Shown here: positions 59,325 through 64,000 of the stretch, in pieces
Layout: each line of letters opens with the position of its first letter
How positions within the stretch are numbered: the stretch's first letter is position 1
NCBI GenBank assembly: GCA_965218795.1
Contig: OZ244653.1
Span: forward strand, 2,816,001 to 2,880,000
DNA: 64,000 nt
Reading direction: 5' to 3'
Source of the DNA: a bacterium
GTDB taxonomy: Bacteria; UBA8248; JACPRG01; G963555815
Made by a program: the position numbers and the translations under genes
The notes under the pieces: model-generated
What the model saw: the letters and a program-made list of their open reading frames with translations, nothing else
Database searches by the model: none
Told to the model about the DNA's origin: nothing

Positions 59325-62183
59325 GTGGTCGTTTCCATCGGCGCGGTGGCCTCGGCCTCCCAGGGCGTCTTCTATTACGAAAAAGACGGCTACTACGCCA
59401 GGGACGACCCGGCCCACAGGGAGGCGAGTTCCTGGTCCGGCAAGGGCGAGGAGAAACTCGGCCTCGAAGGCCCGGTCGATCCGGACCTCTTCCGGAGCGT
59501 TCTCGAAGGCGAGGCGCCCGACGGCAGCGGCCGCAGGCTTGGACGCAGGGGGCCCGATGGGGTCCTGCACCACCGGCCCGGGCGGGACCTCACCTTCTCG
59601 GCCCCCAAGTCCGTCTCACTCGCGGCCCTGGTCGGCGGCGATGGACGGGTCATTGACGCCCACGACCTGGCCGTGGCGCGCACCCTCGCCTGGGTCGATG
59701 GAAATGTGGCCGAGACTCGCATGAAGGACCCCGAGACCGGAAAGATGGTGAAGAAGGGAGAGCAGAAGACGGTCGTGGCCACCTTCCGCCACGACACCTC
59801 CCGCAATCTGGATCCCCTGCTTCACACCCATTCGGTGATCGCCAACATGGTCCGGGGAGACGACGGCAAGTGGCGGACCATGTCCAACGAGAAGCTCTAC
59901 GCCTCCAAGATGCTGTTGGGCGCCCTGTACCGGAGCAAGTTGGCGCGGGATCTGGAAAAACTCGGCTACGGGATCGAGAAGACCCACGCGGACGGGCGGT
60001 TCGAGATCGCGGGCGTTCCCCGCGAGGTCATCGAGGCGTTCTCGACCCGGCGGGCGGAGATCGAGGCGGCCATGGCCGAGCGGGGCATTCCGGCGGAGAA
60101 TCAGCGCCTGGCCCAGCAAGCGGCGCTCATGACGCGGGCCCGCAAGCGCGACGTGGACAAGGCGGAGTTGCAAGGGATCTGGGAGAAGCAGGCCATTGCT
60201 CTCGGGTTCGACGCGAGGACCCTTGCGGCCGAAGCCATGGCCAGGGGCAAGGATGCAAGCCGGGAAGGCGCCCGTACAGCGGATGTTAGGCAAGCCCGGG
60301 AAGGTCTGGACTGGGCAATCGCCCATCTGTCCGAGCGCGAGGCGGTGTTCTCTCGCACGGACCTGCTCGCCGCAACCCTCGCCCGGGACCCCGGCGCGGT
60401 CTCCGTGGAGGCCGCCGAACGGGCCGTCGAGGACCTGACCCGGGAAGGCCGGCTCCATGCCGCTCCTGCCCTCGAAGGAGGAGACGGCATGACCACGGAC
60501 AAGGCCCTCGCGGACGAGCGCGAGACGATCGGGCTGATGCGGGACGGCCGGGACCGGGGCCGGGCTCCCATGCGGAGCTGGATGGTGAGCGCGCGGCTCC
60601 ACAAGGGGCCGCTCACGCAAGGCCAGAGGGAAGCTGTGAAACTGATCCTGTCCTCCAAGGACCGCGTGGTCGGCGTGCAGGGCTATGCAGGCACAGGCAA
60701 GACCACCATGCTGAACCGCGCCCGGGCCCTCCTTGAAAAGCGCGGATACGAGGTGAAAGGCCTCGCGCCCTCGGCCTCGGCGGTCAAGACCCTGGCGACC
60801 GAGGCGGGTATCGAGAGCGAGACCCTGCAACGCTTCCTCGCGCGCAACGCCGGAGTGGCCGAGGGACGGCTGACCAAGAAGGGCGAGAGGGAGATGCGAG
60901 CAGCTTACCGGAAGACGGTATTGGTGGTGGACGAGGGCTCCCTCGCCTCCACGGTCCAGGCCCGGGACCTCCTTCGAATCGCCAACTCCCTGCGGCTTCC
61001 GCGCGTGGTGCTTGTGGGAGATGCAAAACAGCTCGACGCGGTGGATGCGGGAAAGCCCTTCGCCCAGCTGCAGCAGGCCGGCATGAAGACCGCGACCATG
61101 GACGAGATCCTGCGCCAGCGCGATCCGGATCTCAAAGCCGCGGTCCAGGCGAGCCTAGCGGGCGACATGAGAAAAGCCTTCGAGAAGCTCGGCTCCAACG
61201 TGGCGGAGGTGAATCCCGACAACATCGCCGGCGCGGTGGCCGCGCGCTGGCTCAGGCTCTCACCGGAGGCGCGTGAGAACACCGGGGTGATGGCCCCGAG
61301 CCACGATCTCCGGCAGCGGATCAATGCCCATATCAGGGAGCGTCTCGCCCGGGAGGGTCGGATCCACGGGCCCGCGATGCAGAGCCAAAGGCTGGTGTCG
61401 CTGGGCTACACCCATGCCGAGAAGGCCCTCGCGGCCAACTACGGCCCGGGCGACGTGGTGGCTTTCCACCGTCCCTACAAGCGGCTCGGGGTCGAGAAGG
61501 GAAAGGAGCTGCGCGTCGCCGAAGTGGATCACGAGGCCCGAACAGTCAGGCTCGAAGGCAGGGACGGGCAACCGGTCCTCTGGGAGCCCGGTCGGCTCGC
61601 GGCTCGGAGCGGCGGGGTCGAGGTCTACAAGGTCGAAAGCATGGAGTTGCGGGCGGGCGACCGCATCCGCTGGACCCGGAACCACGCCGGTCTCGGACTG
61701 GTCAACAGACAGACCGCCGAGGTGACAAGCGTGAAGAACGGCCGTGTGACCTTCCGTCTGGAGGACGGGCGGGTGCTCGACATGAAGACGGGCGATCCCC
61801 AGCTGCGCCATCTCGACCACGCCTGGGCCTCGACCGTGCATGCGTTCCAGGGGCGGACGGTGGACAACGTCATCGCGGCCATGGAGGCGGGCCACCCGCA
61901 ACTGACCACCCAGAAGAGCTTCTACGTGGAAATCAGCCGGGCCAGGGACCGAGCGGAGCTCGTGACGGACGACGCCAGGGCCCTACGGGAGCAACTGGAA
62001 ACGGCGACCGGGGAGCGGATCGCGGCCCTGGAAGCTATCGAGTCGGACAAGGCGAAGACACCGGAAGCCGGATCGGAGTTGACCCACAGTCTTGACAGGG
62101 AGGATGCTGGGCGGGAGTCCAGAGGGCGGACGCTGGTGTCGGAGAAGGTCCGAGCGCCGCGCGGGATCGAGATGGGGTTGTAG
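59325..62183 (+). CDS. trwC: MOBF relaxase-helicase (TrwC-like)
   Basis: YYEKDGYY, DLTFSAPKSVS, HDTSRNLDPLLHTH, GYAGTGKTT, VVDE, HAFQGRT, YVEISRAR. Confidence 0.93.
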   Translation: MVVSIGAVASASQGVFYYEKDGYYARDDPAHREASSWSGKGEEKLGLEGPVDPDLFRSVLEGEAPDGSGRRLGRRGPDGVLHHRPGRDLTFSAPKSVSLAALVGGDGRVIDAHDLAVARTLAWVDGNVAETRMKDPETGKMVKKGEQKTVVATFRHDTSRNLDPLLHTHSVIANMVRGDDGKWRTMSNEKLYASKMLLGALYRSKLARDLEKLGYGIEKTHADGRFEIAGVPREVIEAFSTRRAEIEAAMAERGIPAENQRLAQQAALMTRARKRDVDKAELQGIWEKQAIALGFDARTLAAEAMARGKDASREGARTADVRQAREGLDWAIAHLSEREAVFSRTDLLAATLARDPGAVSVEAAERAVEDLTREGRLHAAPALEGGDGMTTDKALADERETIGLMRDGRDRGRAPMRSWMVSARLHKGPLTQGQREAVKLILSSKDRVVGVQGYAGTGKTTMLNRARALLEKRGYEVKGLAPSASAVKTLATEAGIESETLQRFLARNAGVAEGRLTKKGEREMRAAYRKTVLVVDEGSLASTVQARDLLRIANSLRLPRVVLVGDAKQLDAVDAGKPFAQLQQAGMKTATMDEILRQRDPDLKAAVQASLAGDMRKAFEKLGSNVAEVNPDNIAGAVAARWLRLSPEARENTGVMAPSHDLRQRINAHIRERLAREGRIHGPAMQSQRLVSLGYTHAEKALAANYGPGDVVAFHRPYKRLGVEKGKELRVAEVDHEARTVRLEGRDGQPVLWEPGRLAARSGGVEVYKVESMELRAGDRIRWTRNHAGLGLVNRQTAEVTSVKNGRVTFRLEDGRVLDMKTGDPQLRHLDHAWASTVHAFQGRTVDNVIAAMEAGHPQLTTQKSFYVEISRARDRAELVTDDARALREQLETATGERIAALEAIESDKAKTPEAGSELTHSLDREDAGRESRGRTLVSEKVRAPRGIEMGL

Positions 62184-62377
62184 AAAACCGCTTCCGAATC
62201 TTGTCGGACCGAAACATTTTTGCCTAACCGGATGTACAGAATGGGGAATGATCAAGCCATAAGGCGGTCGGATACAGCCGTAAGCATGTTTTTTTTCAGC
62301 CGTTAAACTCTCCGATCCTATTGATATTATTAGAAAATAGGACCTTTCCCCATCTTTAGGGTCATGTTGTTTGAGCG

Positions 62378-62568
62378 TGGAGTTGATCCTCTTTTGTGGA
62401 CACCCCGATACTGGACAGAGGAGGTGTTCCAATGGAAATAGCTCATGCACCTTCCATGCCAAGCGCACGAGGCCAGGAAAGTCGCATAGAAGCCAGACCA
62501 ACATTGGGGGCAAGTCGGAGGGTCCTCAGTCTAACGTAGGGGTTGGTCTCGTTGGTGAGGGCTGGTCA
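62378..62568 (+). mobile_element. chimeric IS3 remnant
   Basis: Left part matches the 41450 IS left end (TGGA.TTGA.CC..TTTTGTGGACACC...GAGGAGGTGTTCC.ATGG); right part matches the 21094 IS right end (GTCTAACGTAG....TGGTCTCGTT.GTG.GGGC.GGTCA). Confidence 0.7.
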
Positions 62569-62615
62569 AAAGCAGACCGGTCTCTAGCAAAAATGATCGT
62601 TGAAGGAGACGTTTG

Positions 62616-64000
62616 GTGCAAATACCACCCTGGACGATTGTTGCCGGCTTAGGGTCGCTCGACCGGAGTGAGTTGTGCGATTTGTTGGCGGTATTCGAAG
62701 ATTCAAAACTTTTTAACATTGTTGCCGACCGGGTTCGGGACATCACCCAACGCCGGGCGGTCACCGAAGGGATGGAAAACGACCCGGCGTTTCGGCAGCG
62801 CCTCAAGGCGACATCCGACAGGACGAATCAATCGCAACATCCCGACGCTTTGCTGCGACTCAGGCTTTGGCAAGCGATGCGCGCCGCCTTCGAACTGGAC
62901 GCCGCAATTCCGCTATCGACGAGAACGGCCAATCTACGTGCCGCCGATGTGGCCCAACGCGCCGCCGACGCACTCCGCGATACGATCACCGCGAACACAG
63001 AAGAGAAATCCTGGACCGACATCCCTAACCGCCTCCGGTCTCGCGTGGAAGCGTTGTTCTCCCGTGAGCGGGTCGAGTTCAGCGCGGTTGTAGGCGCCCA
63101 GGCCTCGCGCATGGTGGCGAAAGCCGCCGAAGCAGGCACCCTGGACGACGCTGCGAAGGCCGAGTTAGTCAAAAGAATTCGAGAACAACTCGATCAGATA
63201 CCGCCGGAACTGCGGGACAAGTCGGCCGAGCAGGCCCTTAAAGCCGGCGATAAGGCAGCCTTGGCTTTGCTGACATCGGGATCATCTCTGGTGGGCCTTG
63301 GCGTCGCCGTCGAGCTTGCCGGTTTCGGCGCGTACATTCTGGCCGCCAAGGCATCGGCCATTATTCCTCTTCTCGGTGGCCAAAGCGCGGTGTCGTGGCT
63401 GTTCGTTCTTGCCAACCCGCTCTTCATTATTCCGATAATCCTCGGTGGAGGAGTTATCGTCGGTAGCCGTCTCAAACGATCGGTGCGAACGAAGCTGGCA
63501 TCAAGCCTCGCGGTCGAGATGGCCCTGAAGGGCCTCTCTGAGGGCAAAATCAGTCTTCAGATGTGCCTCAACGATTTCAAGTCATTGACTGCTTCCGATG
63601 TCGGCGGGGGCTCGGTAGGTACCAATCAATGGTACCACAGGCGGCTCAATCTCATTCATGATCTGGTCGGCAAACCCCTACCCGCGACGCCCGGCAGGCC
63701 CGAGAAATCCTTGGACAGGGCTCCGACCGGAAAGTCCATGGACGATCTGGAGAAAATCCTGTTCCCGGGTCAGAAGCGTATTGCCGGAGAGGAGATTGCT
63801 GTCGGCGGAATGACCCTCGCCGATGTCGTTTATGACGCGACCGCCATAGACCCTTCGGTGATTGCCGCCCTCGATCGGTCTCGATCGGACGATCTTGCCG
63901 GAATATTCAAGTTCGGCCGCGAGGCCGACCGTATCACGGATTTGTCCGGTGCCGCGCAAGTCGGCGCCGAGAACAATCTTCGAGGCTACGTCGCCGAGGA
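62616..64000 (+). CDS. large hypothetical membrane-associated protein (partial, runs off right edge)
   Basis: AAGGAG RBS, GTG start, frame open for more than 460 codons; hydrophobic Gly-rich block (LVGLGVAVELAGFGAYILAA...LFIIPIILGGG); ends at NLRGYVAE. Absent from the ORF track. Confidence 0.75.
   Translation, partial: MQIPPWTIVAGLGSLDRSELCDLLAVFEDSKLFNIVADRVRDITQRRAVTEGMENDPAFRQRLKATSDRTNQSQHPDALLRLRLWQAMRAAFELDAAIPLSTRTANLRAADVAQRAADALRDTITANTEEKSWTDIPNRLRSRVEALFSRERVEFSAVVGAQASRMVAKAAEAGTLDDAAKAELVKRIREQLDQIPPELRDKSAEQALKAGDKAALALLTSGSSLVGLGVAVELAGFGAYILAAKASAIIPLLGGQSAVSWLFVLANPLFIIPIILGGGVIVGSRLKRSVRTKLASSLAVEMALKGLSEGKISLQMCLNDFKSLTASDVGGGSVGTNQWYHRRLNLIHDLVGKPLPATPGRPEKSLDRAPTGKSMDDLEKILFPGQKRIAGEEIAVGGMTLADVVYDATAIDPSVIAALDRSRSDDLAGIFKFGREADRITDLSGAAQVGAENNLRGYVAE

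Noticed and set aside
12143-64000. Prophage
   Set aside because: No capsid, terminase, tail or lysis genes; content is ICE/IME-like.

Overview
GC-rich bacterial window with two parts. About 1-11.9 kb is a nitrogen-heterocycle uptake and catabolism neighbourhood: a xanthine-dehydrogenase-family Mo subunit, a BMP/Nup-type ABC transporter split over two divergent operons, a SYLF protein, an NMT1/THI5-like binding protein, a creatininase and a cyclase. From about 11.95 kb to the end is a mosaic of integrated mobile elements: (i) a tRNA-3'-end-like att candidate and a broken tyrosine integrase; (ii) an AT-richer, tightly coupled SIR2 / small middle component / Rad50-SMC-like ATPase operon (ABC three-component, Lamassu-like defence candidate); (iii) an IS30 interrupted by an IS3, plus a RIT remnant; (iv) an ICE/IME backbone (MoxR-like AAA, DUF3150-like, DUF2201/vWA, ParB, GHKL ATPase, DUF2958, strawberry-notch MTase-helicase, secreted HNH-Excalibur nuclease, ssb); (v) a second element that truncates ssb and carries an intact integrase, recQ/topB/lysR debris, a 4,488-aa autotransporter adhesin with ten near-identical 825-bp repeats, a TraD/TrwB coupling protein, a MOBF relaxase and an uncharacterised membrane protein running off the right edge. 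The best candidates for something new are the SIR2-MC-Rad50 triad, the AAA/vWA module with degenerate catalytic motifs, and the adhesin beside the MOBF module. All family calls come from motif recognition by eye; no database searches were run.
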